This document shows, one piece after another, positions 10,791 to 19,430 of a stretch of 64,000 bases of DNA. This DNA is from Nitrospirota bacterium (GTDB lineage: Bacteria > Nitrospirota > UBA9217). The notes beneath the pieces were generated by a model. The model saw only the letters and a program-made list of their open reading frames with translations, made no database searches and was not told the origin of the DNA. The translations under genes were made by a program, and so were the position numbers. The stretch is taken from the NCBI GenBank assembly GCA_963790205.1, contig CAWBNQ010000003.1, positions 736,001-800,000 on the forward strand. Direction: 5' to 3'. The number at the start of each line of letters is the position of its first letter. Positions within the stretch are counted from its first letter, which is position 1.

Positions 10791-12089
10791 ATGAAAACGG
10801 CACAGGAACAAGAAAAGAATTTTAAGCTCACGGACAGCAGGTATTTCAATCTTGCGGCTTTCGGCCTGATCGCCGCGATGGTCCTCATCGCCTATTCCAA
10901 CACCTTCACCGCGAGCTTTCATTTCGACGACACCCCCGCGATCATGGAGAACGCAACGATCAAGCAGGCCACGCTCGACAATATCCTCGCCATCCTCTCC
11001 GGCTCGCGTCCGGTGGTCTATCTGTCCCTCATGCTGAATTACCAGCTGAACGGCCTGAACGTGATCGGATGGCACATTTTCAACATCGGCGTGCATATCG
11101 CCAATAGTTTTCTGGTGTACCTGTTCATACTCACGACCCTGACCCTGCCGTCGCTCAAGGCGAGGTACGCCGAACGGGCCGGGTGGCTGGCGCTGTTCGG
11201 CTCCCTGCTCTTTGCCGTCCATCCCATCCAGACGGAGTCCGTGACGTACATCATCACCCGTTCCGAGCTGCTGGCCACGTTTTTCTATCTCGGCGCCCTG
11301 CTCCTGTTCATCTCCGGCGCGCAAACGGGCAAGCGGCGGTATTACGCGGCGGCCTTTTTCTCCGCAGTTCTGGCCATGGGGTCCAAGGAATGGGCCGTGA
11401 CGCTGCCCGCCGTTATCTTTCTGTACGACTACCTGGTCCTGTCGGAGGGCAATATCAGGACCGCGCTGTCCCGCTGGGGGGCGTATATTCCGATCGTTCT
11501 GTCGTGCTGGGTCGCCGTGAGGAACCTGAACCTCTTTACCGCGCAGAATACGACCGTGGGGTTCAACATAACCCAGCACTCGTCCGCCGGCGCGCCGCTG
11601 ACGGCCTGGACGTATCTGCTGACGTCCTTCAACGTCATCTGGACGTATATCAGGCTGCTGTTCCTGCCGATCAACCAGAACATCGATTACGACTATCCCA
11701 TTGCAAAGACCCTTTTTGAATTCCCCACGCTCCTTTCCTTTGCCGGACATTTGGCCGTTATCGGCGGGGCCTTCTGGCTTTACCGGAAGAAACACTGGAT
11801 TGCGGCCCCCCTGGGAGTGGCCTGGTTCTATATAACCCTTTCCCCGGTGCAGAGCTTTGTGCCGGTCACCGACGTGATCTTCGAGCACCGGCTCTATCTG
11901 CCCTCGATCGGGTTCTTTCTTGTTGTCGTCGTTCTGTTCGAAAAATTGTTCGCGCGGATCGAGCAGCGGGACGTTCCCGGGGACGTTACCGTGAACGCGG
12001 TCGCTGCTCAGGGACCGGCGTCCTCTCACAAGGGGAGAAAAAGCTCGCGCAAGGCCGCCAGGCGCGCAAGGAAGCAGGGAACGGAGTAA
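10791..12089 (+). CDS. TMTC-like (GT-C) integral membrane glycosyltransferase lacking TPRs
   Basis: YSNTF..SFHFDD, RPVVYLS, FAVHPIQTESVTYIITRSELL, SKE and EHRLYLPS motifs, typical of the TMTC/DUF1736 membrane domain. Confidence 0.75.
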   Translation: MKTAQEQEKNFKLTDSRYFNLAAFGLIAAMVLIAYSNTFTASFHFDDTPAIMENATIKQATLDNILAILSGSRPVVYLSLMLNYQLNGLNVIGWHIFNIGVHIANSFLVYLFILTTLTLPSLKARYAERAGWLALFGSLLFAVHPIQTESVTYIITRSELLATFFYLGALLLFISGAQTGKRRYYAAAFFSAVLAMGSKEWAVTLPAVIFLYDYLVLSEGNIRTALSRWGAYIPIVLSCWVAVRNLNLFTAQNTTVGFNITQHSSAGAPLTAWTYLLTSFNVIWTYIRLLFLPINQNIDYDYPIAKTLFEFPTLLSFAGHLAVIGGAFWLYRKKHWIAAPLGVAWFYITLSPVQSFVPVTDVIFEHRLYLPSIGFFLVVVVLFEKLFARIEQRDVPGDVTVNAVAAQGPASSHKGRKSSRKAARRARKQGTE

Positions 12090-12111
12090 GTCAGGAGTAG
12101 GGAGTAGGGAG

Positions 12112-12939
12112 TCAGGAGGTCCTTCGCTTGCCCGGAAAGATTGCGCGGATGCTCCTGGAAAAAAACGCCATGGACACATACGCGGCCACGATCAGCGCGT
12201 AGTTCGCATAGTGGAGCAGCCGCACCATCCTCGATGGGGAGTATTTTTTCGCCACGTCCAGCTCCTGCCTGAAATTCGAAAAATTCGTGGCCTGGGTCTT
12301 GGCCCCTCCGTGCACCCGGAACCGGGCAAGGTATTCATCGAGGACCCCGGGGCCGTAGCGTCTCCCGATCCGGAGCCAGTACTCATAATCCATCACCAGG
12401 TGCTCGTTCACGTCGAAGAGCCCGAACTCCCGGACGAGCTCGCGCCTCCAGAACGTCGCGGGCTGGCTTACCGGGTTCGTCACCAGAAGCATTTCATAGG
12501 AATAATGGCGCAATAAAAAGTTCTTGTACGCCGTTATCATGCCCCGGATCTCGCGGTCCTGCTTGTCGATGATCCGGCATTTCCCGGTGAGCCACATGGT
12601 TTTGGGATGGGCGGCGAAGTATTCCGCGACCCGCAGGAGCGCCCCCGGCTCGAGCACGTCGTCCGAGTTCAGGTACGCGATGATGTCGCCGGTCGCCAGC
12701 CTGATCCCCTTGTTGATCGCGTCCGCCTGCCCCGCGTCCTTCTCCGAGCTCCATTTCAGGCGATGTTCATACCTCTTCAGGACCTCGATCGTCCCGTCCG
12801 TCGATCCCCCGTCCATAACGATATATTCGAGGTCCGGATACCCCTGGTCCAGGACGCTTTGGATCGTGCGCTCGATGAACGGCCCCTGGTTGTAGGACGG
12901 CGTGATGATGGATATCTTCGGAAGCTGCTCCCTCTTCAT
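12112..12939 (-). CDS. GT2 glycosyltransferase
   Basis: ISIITPSYNQG, DGGSTDGT, YLNSDD and QPATFWRR motifs; ATGA overlap with the upstream gene. Confidence 0.9.
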   Translation of the reverse strand: MKREQLPKISIITPSYNQGPFIERTIQSVLDQGYPDLEYIVMDGGSTDGTIEVLKRYEHRLKWSSEKDAGQADAINKGIRLATGDIIAYLNSDDVLEPGALLRVAEYFAAHPKTMWLTGKCRIIDKQDREIRGMITAYKNFLLRHYSYEMLLVTNPVSQPATFWRRELVREFGLFDVNEHLVMDYEYWLRIGRRYGPGVLDEYLARFRVHGGAKTQATNFSNFRQELDVAKKYSPSRMVRLLHYANYALIVAAYVSMAFFSRSIRAIFPGKRRTS

Positions 12940-14075
12940 CGGGTCCCTCCGGGACGGACTGTTCTCAGGAACTCCAGCGTTTTCCCCGCCGTCGCACCCC
13001 ACGTGAATTGCCGCGCCCGCTCGAGCCCTTTTTCGATCAGGAGCGTTCGCGCTGCCTTGTCCCGCACCGCCGCTACGATGCCTTCCGAAAGAGCGACCGG
13101 GTCAAGGGGGTCCACGAAGAGCGCCGCGTCTCCCGCGACCTCGATCAGCGGTTCGATGCGCGAACACACGATTGGCGCGCCGCAGGCCATCGCCTCGATG
13201 ATCGGCAGGCCGAAGCCCTCGTGCAGCGTGGGGTACACAAAGGCGTCGCAGGCCCGGTAGAGCGCCGGCACATGCCCGAAGGGCAGCCACCCCAGGAGGA
13301 GGACGTCGCTCTCCAGGTCCAGCGACCGGATGTTCCGGCGCAGCTCCGGCTCCCCCTGGTCCCGGGCCCCGATCAAGACGAGCCTGAGGCCGGGGACCTG
13401 TTTGCGCACGAGCGAGAAGGCCTGGAGCAGGCGCGCGTGGTTCTTGTGGGGGAGCGAAGAGGCCGCGTAGAGGAGGAACCGTTCGGGGAGTTTGTAGGAG
13501 TCCCGGACCGCTTTCTCATCAGGGGAGGGGCGCGGCGTGAACAGCTCGTGGTCGACGCCGAGGTGCGTCACCGCGATCCGTCCCGCGGGGAGATGGTAAT
13601 GACGAACGACGTCCCTTTTGGCTTGTTCCGAAATGGTCACGACCCCGTCAACGCTTTTGGCGCTCAGGTAGATGATGCTTCGCAGAAACGGGAGATAGAA
13701 GCGGGAAAAATTCTGCGGCTGGTTGATATGCTGGAGGTCGAACAGGACGAGCACCGACGTCGCGGGGCAGAAGAAGGGGGCCGTCATGCCCGCGGAAAGG
13801 AGGACGTCGATCTTATGTTGCCGGACCCGGAACGGCAGGATGAACTGCTCCCAGAGTATCCGCAGCGGACGGCTCTCCGCCCGCACCGGGCAGGGGACGA
13901 TCTGTATGCGCGGCGACTGGTCCGAAAATACTCCCTCGCTCTCCCGGTTGATGAACAGGACAAAGGTATCGTCCCCCCCGTTCTTCGCCAGCTCCCTGAC
14001 GAGGTTCCTGATATACGTTTCCGAGCCGCCCACCTTGCCCGGCAGCAGGTACAGCGCGTTGATGCCTATCCTCAA
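12936..14075 (-). CDS. GT4 (glycosyltransferase group 1) protein
   Basis: GGSETY, PHKN and YPTLHEGFGLPIIEAMACG motifs. Confidence 0.92.
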   Translation of the reverse strand: MRIGINALYLLPGKVGGSETYIRNLVRELAKNGGDDTFVLFINRESEGVFSDQSPRIQIVPCPVRAESRPLRILWEQFILPFRVRQHKIDVLLSAGMTAPFFCPATSVLVLFDLQHINQPQNFSRFYLPFLRSIIYLSAKSVDGVVTISEQAKRDVVRHYHLPAGRIAVTHLGVDHELFTPRPSPDEKAVRDSYKLPERFLLYAASSLPHKNHARLLQAFSLVRKQVPGLRLVLIGARDQGEPELRRNIRSLDLESDVLLLGWLPFGHVPALYRACDAFVYPTLHEGFGLPIIEAMACGAPIVCSRIEPLIEVAGDAALFVDPLDPVALSEGIVAAVRDKAARTLLIEKGLERARQFTWGATAGKTLEFLRTVRPGGTR

Positions 14076-14115
14076 AGCTATTCACTCCTGACGTTTAACT
14101 TGCAATTCCTTTTTG

Positions 14116-14231
14116 TTCCCTCCCCCTTGATGGGGAAGTGAAGGTTCTTATAGGAAGGGTTAGGTGGGGGTGACGGTGATGCACGACGGATACTTCACCC
14201 TCCCCTTGATCCCCTCCCATCGAGGGAGGGG
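14116..14231. repeat. REP-like paired CCCTCCCC...GGGAGGGG hairpin element
   Basis: TTCCCTCCCCCTTGATGGGG...GGGGGTGA / TCACCCTCCCCTTGATCCCCTCCCATCGAGGGAGGGG. Confidence 0.7.
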
Positions 14232-14272
14232 TAAAATTAAGAACAGATATGCCCCGCTAAAATATCCTTTTT

Positions 14273-14343
14273 TGTCATGCCGGACTTGATCCGGCTCCAG
14301 GGTCTTCTGAAAAGACTGGATTCCTGCCTTCGCAGGAATGACA
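14273..14343. repeat. REP-like palindromic element (GTCAT...ATGAC type)
   Basis: TGTCATGCCGGACTTGATCCGGC-TCCAG...CTGGA-TTCCTGCCTTCGCAGGAATGACA; multi-hairpin palindrome. Confidence 0.75.
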
Positions 14344-14437
14344 ATCTTAAGTGTAACGGCAATAAAAATACGGACTCTAATTCTTCATACATCAGGCACA
14401 ATAAGCCTGGCGAACAATCCCGCACCGCATGGACGTT

Positions 14438-15349
14438 TTACGTCGTCTTTCTCAATTCCCCGAACCTGCCCTGGAAATAATGAAAAGCTCCGCGGCAGAT
14501 CTGCGACATTCCAACGCCTTTCGGCAGGCCCTGCGTGAAGAGACCCAGGAACGCTGCTGCGAGGACCGGAAAATATCTCGTCTGGCGGAGGGGAAAGGGC
14601 AGGGGCTTGTTCTCATCGAGGCATTTGAGCATGTTCCTGGTGAAGTAATAGAGCGATATCCCGGTGCTCCCGCCGCCCGTTGATTTCGACACCTTATGCC
14701 ATACCCTGGATGTGGGAATATACATGATCCTATAGCCGGCATTCTGAGCCCGCATTCCCCAGTCAAGGTCTTCGCAATAGCAAAAAAACTCTTCACGAAG
14801 AAGTCCGATCTTTTCGCAGAGCTCCCGGGTCGCCATGAGCGCGCAGCCCGTGGGCCGTTCCGTTTCCTCGACCCGGTCATACTGTCCCTTGTCGCGTTCG
14901 TTATATCCACGATGGCGGCCCCATCCGAGCCAGGGATGGAAGGACGCGCCCGCGTACCAGAGAACATCCGGACGGTCGTAAAAATATATCTTGGAGCACA
15001 GCAGGCCGATGGACCTGTCCGTTTCCGCGGCCTTGACCAGCTCTCCGGCGAAGTCCTTGTCAACGATCGTGTCGTTGTTCAGCAGGATGACGTAATCCGC
15101 CCCGTTGTCCAGCGCATAACGCATGCCGATATTGTTTCCGCCGGTAAACCCGAGATTGCGGCCGGTCTGGATGATCTTAATGTCCGGAAAGGACTTCCTC
15201 AGTATTTCTTCGGACCCGTCCGAAGAGCCGTTGTCAACGATGACGATCTCGCTGTCGGGATACGCGACCTTCCCGAGGGAGTTGACGCACTCCACGGTGT
15301 CCCGGTATCCGTTCCAGTTCAAGACTATGATGAAAACCTTTGGGCTCAT
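14438..15349 (-). CDS. GT2 glycosyltransferase (rhamnosyltransferase-like subfamily)
   Basis: IIVLNWNG, NLGFTGGNN, LLNNDT and YCEDLDW motifs. Confidence 0.88.
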   Translation of the reverse strand: MSPKVFIIVLNWNGYRDTVECVNSLGKVAYPDSEIVIVDNGSSDGSEEILRKSFPDIKIIQTGRNLGFTGGNNIGMRYALDNGADYVILLNNDTIVDKDFAGELVKAAETDRSIGLLCSKIYFYDRPDVLWYAGASFHPWLGWGRHRGYNERDKGQYDRVEETERPTGCALMATRELCEKIGLLREEFFCYCEDLDWGMRAQNAGYRIMYIPTSRVWHKVSKSTGGGSTGISLYYFTRNMLKCLDENKPLPFPLRQTRYFPVLAAAFLGLFTQGLPKGVGMSQICRGAFHYFQGRFGELRKTT

Positions 15350-16485
15350 TAGTTCTTTGGTCCAGCGGCGGTTTTATGTATATCTATTGCCTGTCGAACA
15401 GCTTCGAGGAATCTTCTGCCATTTTTCACGTCCGGCTCCAAATGGCAGCCCTCGGCCCATTCGTTCCATGCGTTTATAAAAATTATTTTCTCGTCCTCGT
15501 CGTATTTTTCCACTCTCTGAAAGGCGTTTAAGATCCAATCGGAAAATTTACGAGGGTCATCATTCTGGATTATTTGCGCTATGTTTTTTCGCGCGCTGTT
15601 GTCCCATGATGGCGTAACGCAGGGAAACTTCCTGTGGTCACTAGGATGGGGTATGGCCATTGCCTTGTCCGCTAATTTCCCATAGCAGAGAATATTATTT
15701 TCATTTAAGAGTGGAATGCGCAATCGTAAATTTAGCCCGGTGATCATTTTGTTAATATAATGATTAACGGCAAGTTTAAATAATACCCGTAAAGAACGTC
15801 TTGGAAAATTTTTACTAAACGGCTGAAACTCTACGATCGCATCAAAGCCGGCTTCTATCATAGACGGCTCGCTCATCTGGCTGAAGTTGCTCCTGACCGC
15901 GCATAGATACAGATCGTTGAATCCCTGTTCTTTTGCGACCCTTCTCCAGTCATGGATCCTTTCCTTCAAATCGGGTATCGTGTCCGTTCTATAGATGAGC
16001 AAGAGGGGCCTGTTGTTTACCTTTATATACCGCGGGTCTTTAAACGCCTTGCAGAGCCAATGAATGTGTTCGATCCTGTCGCGCGCGCCGTATTCCTGCT
16101 TTATCAGTATTTCCTTTTCCAGCCCGTCCCATGCCCGTGTCCAGCTTTCGTTCGCCCAGCAGAGGCAAAAGGGGAAGTCGGGCTTCCCCGACTGAAGTAC
16201 TTCATTGAAAGGCCGATCCAGGAGCAATTTCCCGTTGAACCAGTAGTGGTAGTAACAAAAAGCGGATATGCCGTATTCAGCAGCCAATGCAGCCTGGGCG
16301 ATTCTCGTCTCTTCAAGTCTGAGATCATAGAAACCCAGATCAGCCGGTATCTGGGGCTGGTGGTGACCTTTAAAACGCGGTCGTGCCGCGGCAACGCTGA
16401 CCCATTCGGTAAAGCCTTTTCCCCACCAGGCGTCGTTTTCAGGGATGGGGTGGTATTGGGGAAGATAGAAGCTGATTATTTTCAC
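15349..16485 (-). CDS. WbsX / glycoside hydrolase family 99-like domain protein
   Basis: FYLPQYHPIPEND.WWGKGFTEW, CWANESW, PSWDNSAR and NAWNEWAEG.HLEPD motifs. Confidence 0.9.
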   Translation of the reverse strand: MKIISFYLPQYHPIPENDAWWGKGFTEWVSVAAARPRFKGHHQPQIPADLGFYDLRLEETRIAQAALAAEYGISAFCYYHYWFNGKLLLDRPFNEVLQSGKPDFPFCLCWANESWTRAWDGLEKEILIKQEYGARDRIEHIHWLCKAFKDPRYIKVNNRPLLLIYRTDTIPDLKERIHDWRRVAKEQGFNDLYLCAVRSNFSQMSEPSMIEAGFDAIVEFQPFSKNFPRRSLRVLFKLAVNHYINKMITGLNLRLRIPLLNENNILCYGKLADKAMAIPHPSDHRKFPCVTPSWDNSARKNIAQIIQNDDPRKFSDWILNAFQRVEKYDEDEKIIFINAWNEWAEGCHLEPDVKNGRRFLEAVRQAIDIHKTAAGPKN

Positions 16486-16511
16486 GTTGCACCGAGGTCC
16501 CTTTAAGAAAA

Positions 16512-17258
16512 TTATTTTTTTCTGTTTACGAAGACGTCAAGGAATTCAGCTTCAAGGCCCAGAGATCTATCATGAAACGTAAAGATCTCCGTTGTCAGGC
16601 CGCTGTTTGCCCGGATAAAATCACACATATCGTCTCCCCAGTCCGTAACGACGAGTGAGCCTTTTTTGTCGACCGGGTTGCCGTGATACATCGGATCACG
16701 AAGATACTGAATTTCATTTCCAACACCAACGGCCCGGATGACGGTCTTTTGGCCTTTGTAAAGAGGCACCGTAAATATATGCGCGCCGCCCGGCTTTAAT
16801 ACGCGCGCGATCTCCCGAAACGCCGGAGCAGGATCGAGAACATGCTCGAACACGTCCTGCGTTATGACCAGATCAAAAGACCTGTCCGCGAAGGTCAGCT
16901 TTTCCAGATTTTCACACCGGACCCCCCGTTTGCATGCGCCCGGCTGCACAGCGGAGTAGAACTGCGAAGGCAAATACTGTTCGCACTCCTTTTGTAGTTT
17001 ACGGGAGGACGCGCCGCAGGGCGCCGATTCGTATATCTGCAGCTGCCGCCAATTGGGGAACTCCTTGTGGACAACTTTAATGAGCGCTCTCTGACGCGGT
17101 ACCGACCCACAGAAGATACAGAAATAGGTATCCCGCAACCATTCGGACTGCTCTACAAATAATGTCTTATGTTCACAGATAGGGCAAACCCCGGTATTCG
17201 TCTTGCCATTCAAAATGGACAAAGGCAGTTTTGCAACGGTTTTAATTATCGTTATCAT
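16512..17258 (-). CDS. Class I SAM-dependent methyltransferase with N-terminal CxxC...CxxC (start uncertain, ORF extends to 17336)
   Basis: CPIC...CIFC, FDLVITQDVFEHV and RVLKPGG motifs. Confidence 0.85.
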   Translation of the reverse strand: MITIIKTVAKLPLSILNGKTNTGVCPICEHKTLFVEQSEWLRDTYFCIFCGSVPRQRALIKVVHKEFPNWRQLQIYESAPCGASSRKLQKECEQYLPSQFYSAVQPGACKRGVRCENLEKLTFADRSFDLVITQDVFEHVLDPAPAFREIARVLKPGGAHIFTVPLYKGQKTVIRAVGVGNEIQYLRDPMYHGNPVDKKGSLVVTDWGDDMCDFIRANSGLTTEIFTFHDRSLGLEAEFLDVFVNRKK

Positions 17259-17326
17259 AGGAGCTGACTTAACCGAGCGATAATGTATCCAGGATGGGAC
17301 GGCCGCGTTCCTGAATAACAATGGCA

Positions 17327-18391
17327 TCAAGCGCATATCCTGCTTCCAGAGAGAAACTGTTTTCTCAAGGCTGCCACAATCCGCCGGAAATACCGGCGAT
17401 AATAGAAACGGCTTGTTTTGAGACTATCCCGGAGGACGAAGTCCTGCGCAGATACCATTGTAAAGTACAATACAGCCAGTAAATTGAGCAAGATGCCCGG
17501 GAGCAGGGCGACCGCCCTGGCGGCAGCGTGTTTCCAGCGCGAACCAAGCCGGGTTTCAAGGTACCGGTGGTATTCGGAAAGAGAGTAGAAACCGCATGCT
17601 CTCTGTACAAGAAGCGCCGGCAGGCTGTTCCATGGGTTTTTGGGGCATACGCGCGTTTTCGCCGCGTCACTGATGCCGGAAAAGGACCAGATGAGGCCCG
17701 GCCACTTGATCATCCATATTTCAAAATGCCGCGGCGACCATTGCGCGTTCCCATAGCGGATTATAATGCAAGGTTCAGCCACCGCGAATGCGCCGTGAGG
17801 AAGCTCCTTCTGAAAGATGATCCCGACGTGGATGAATTCCGTGCCGATATAGGGTTCCTTGATGCGCTCGTTCCACAGGGCACGATCGATAACCACGGCA
17901 CCGATGAACGAGAGGTACGTTACGGTCTCGATGAACAGTTTTTCCTGCGATGAAGTCTGGTAAAAAGTGTCCGCCTCAAGGTGCAGATGCTTGCGTTCCA
18001 ATTGATGAACCAGTGTCCGGTCCCACACTTCCGCGTTCAGCACGATAAGGCTGTACCTGCGCGGGAGGAGATCAAGAATGGTATTGATGGCCCCCGGTTT
18101 TACAATATCATCATCCGTCAGAAGCCAGCAGTAATCCCCGGTCGCGAACGATACGGCATGACAATAATCACGGTCCACGCCGCCCTTGACGGGCATGCGG
18201 TGATACCGGAGGGCGGGGCATCGGTCCTGATAACGACGCATCACATCGGGGGTGGTATCGGTCGATGCGCCGTCAACAACGATTATCTCTACCTCCTCCC
18301 TGATCTGCGCAATGATGCTGTCCAGGGTCTGGCCGATGACGTCGGCGCGGTTATAGGTCGCGATGCAGATCGACAAGCGGGGAACGCTCAT
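17327..18391 (-). CDS. GT2 glycosyltransferase (abequosyltransferase-like)
   Basis: LSICIATYNRA, DGASTD, GVDRDY and WLLTDDD motifs. Confidence 0.8.
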   Translation of the reverse strand: MSVPRLSICIATYNRADVIGQTLDSIIAQIREEVEIIVVDGASTDTTPDVMRRYQDRCPALRYHRMPVKGGVDRDYCHAVSFATGDYCWLLTDDDIVKPGAINTILDLLPRRYSLIVLNAEVWDRTLVHQLERKHLHLEADTFYQTSSQEKLFIETVTYLSFIGAVVIDRALWNERIKEPYIGTEFIHVGIIFQKELPHGAFAVAEPCIIIRYGNAQWSPRHFEIWMIKWPGLIWSFSGISDAAKTRVCPKNPWNSLPALLVQRACGFYSLSEYHRYLETRLGSRWKHAAARAVALLPGILLNLLAVLYFTMVSAQDFVLRDSLKTSRFYYRRYFRRIVAALRKQFLSGSRICA

Positions 18392-18542
18392 ATTTTTCTG
18401 AACTCCATGACGAGCATGCCCTTCCGGGGCATTCATCCATTGATCCTGCAGCATATGATCACGTCACCAGGACGGACCGCTTGTTCCGGGACGGAGTCCT
18501 GGACAACCTGATCAACGTTTTCTAAACAAGGCTTCGAGGCCC

Positions 18543-19430
18543 TTACCGGCCCGGTGAAGTTACCATCATTTCGGCAAGTTCGGAAAAAGTTACTACTGGG
18601 TGCCATCCAAGCTTGTGCATGGTGGCTGGATTCGAATAGAGGCGCTTATATTCCGAAGTAAAACCTTCCCGCAGCCGGACGTGATGATGCCAGTCTTTGC
18701 CGATGATCCTGAAGCACTGTTCGAGCCAGTTTTCGATCGAGTAAACCTTGCCCGAGCCGATCACGGCCTCGAATACGGCATCCTGCCCAACCAGCGTGAA
18801 GATTCCCTTCGCGATGTCTCCGGCAAAGGTCCATTCTTTTTCAACGGAAAGGTCGCCCACCTCAATGAGCTCACTGCTGCCGTCGGCGATCCGCTTTGCC
18901 GCGAGAGCGATCATCTGACACACGTGGTGAGGTTTTCGGAGGGGACTCTCATGATGAAACAAATAGCCGACGTAGACCTTTAATCCGAGCGAACGGTAAT
19001 ATCGCGCGGCATAGGCCGATTGAATGCGCGCTATAGAGTAGGGGCTGCTCGCTTCAAAGACATCGGTTTCGGATATGGGGAGCCCCTTGTTTACGAACTG
19101 AACGCCGCTGCCGGTTAGGAACACTTTTGCCTCGGGATGATGCTTTTTCACCGCCTCAAGAATATTCAGACTGCCGGTAGAAATGGTTTCGTGGTTCTCA
19201 AAAAGCGCATCGTGCCGCGTCGTCGATTTGGCGGCAACATGAAAGATGTATGCAGGTTTGTGTTCGCGGATCAAATGTTCTACCAGCGTGTAATCGGAGA
19301 CATCGCCTCGCACCCCGTTGCCGGAGCGCGATACCGCGATCGGTTCAATTTGATTAAGCTTGCACAGCTCAATCAAGTAATGGCCGTCCTGGCCGCTAGC
19401 GCCGAAAATTATAGCTTTCATCGTGTTCAT
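18543..19430 (-). CDS. NAD-dependent sugar epimerase/dehydratase, GDP-mannose 4,6-dehydratase-like
   Basis: GASGQDGHYL Rossmann motif, SPYSIAR and FHHESPLR; divergent (YxxxR in place of YxxxK). Confidence 0.75.
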   Translation of the reverse strand: MNTMKAIIFGASGQDGHYLIELCKLNQIEPIAVSRSGNGVRGDVSDYTLVEHLIREHKPAYIFHVAAKSTTRHDALFENHETISTGSLNILEAVKKHHPEAKVFLTGSGVQFVNKGLPISETDVFEASSPYSIARIQSAYAARYYRSLGLKVYVGYLFHHESPLRKPHHVCQMIALAAKRIADGSSELIEVGDLSVEKEWTFAGDIAKGIFTLVGQDAVFEAVIGSGKVYSIENWLEQCFRIIGKDWHHHVRLREGFTSEYKRLYSNPATMHKLGWHPVVTFSELAEMMVTSPGR

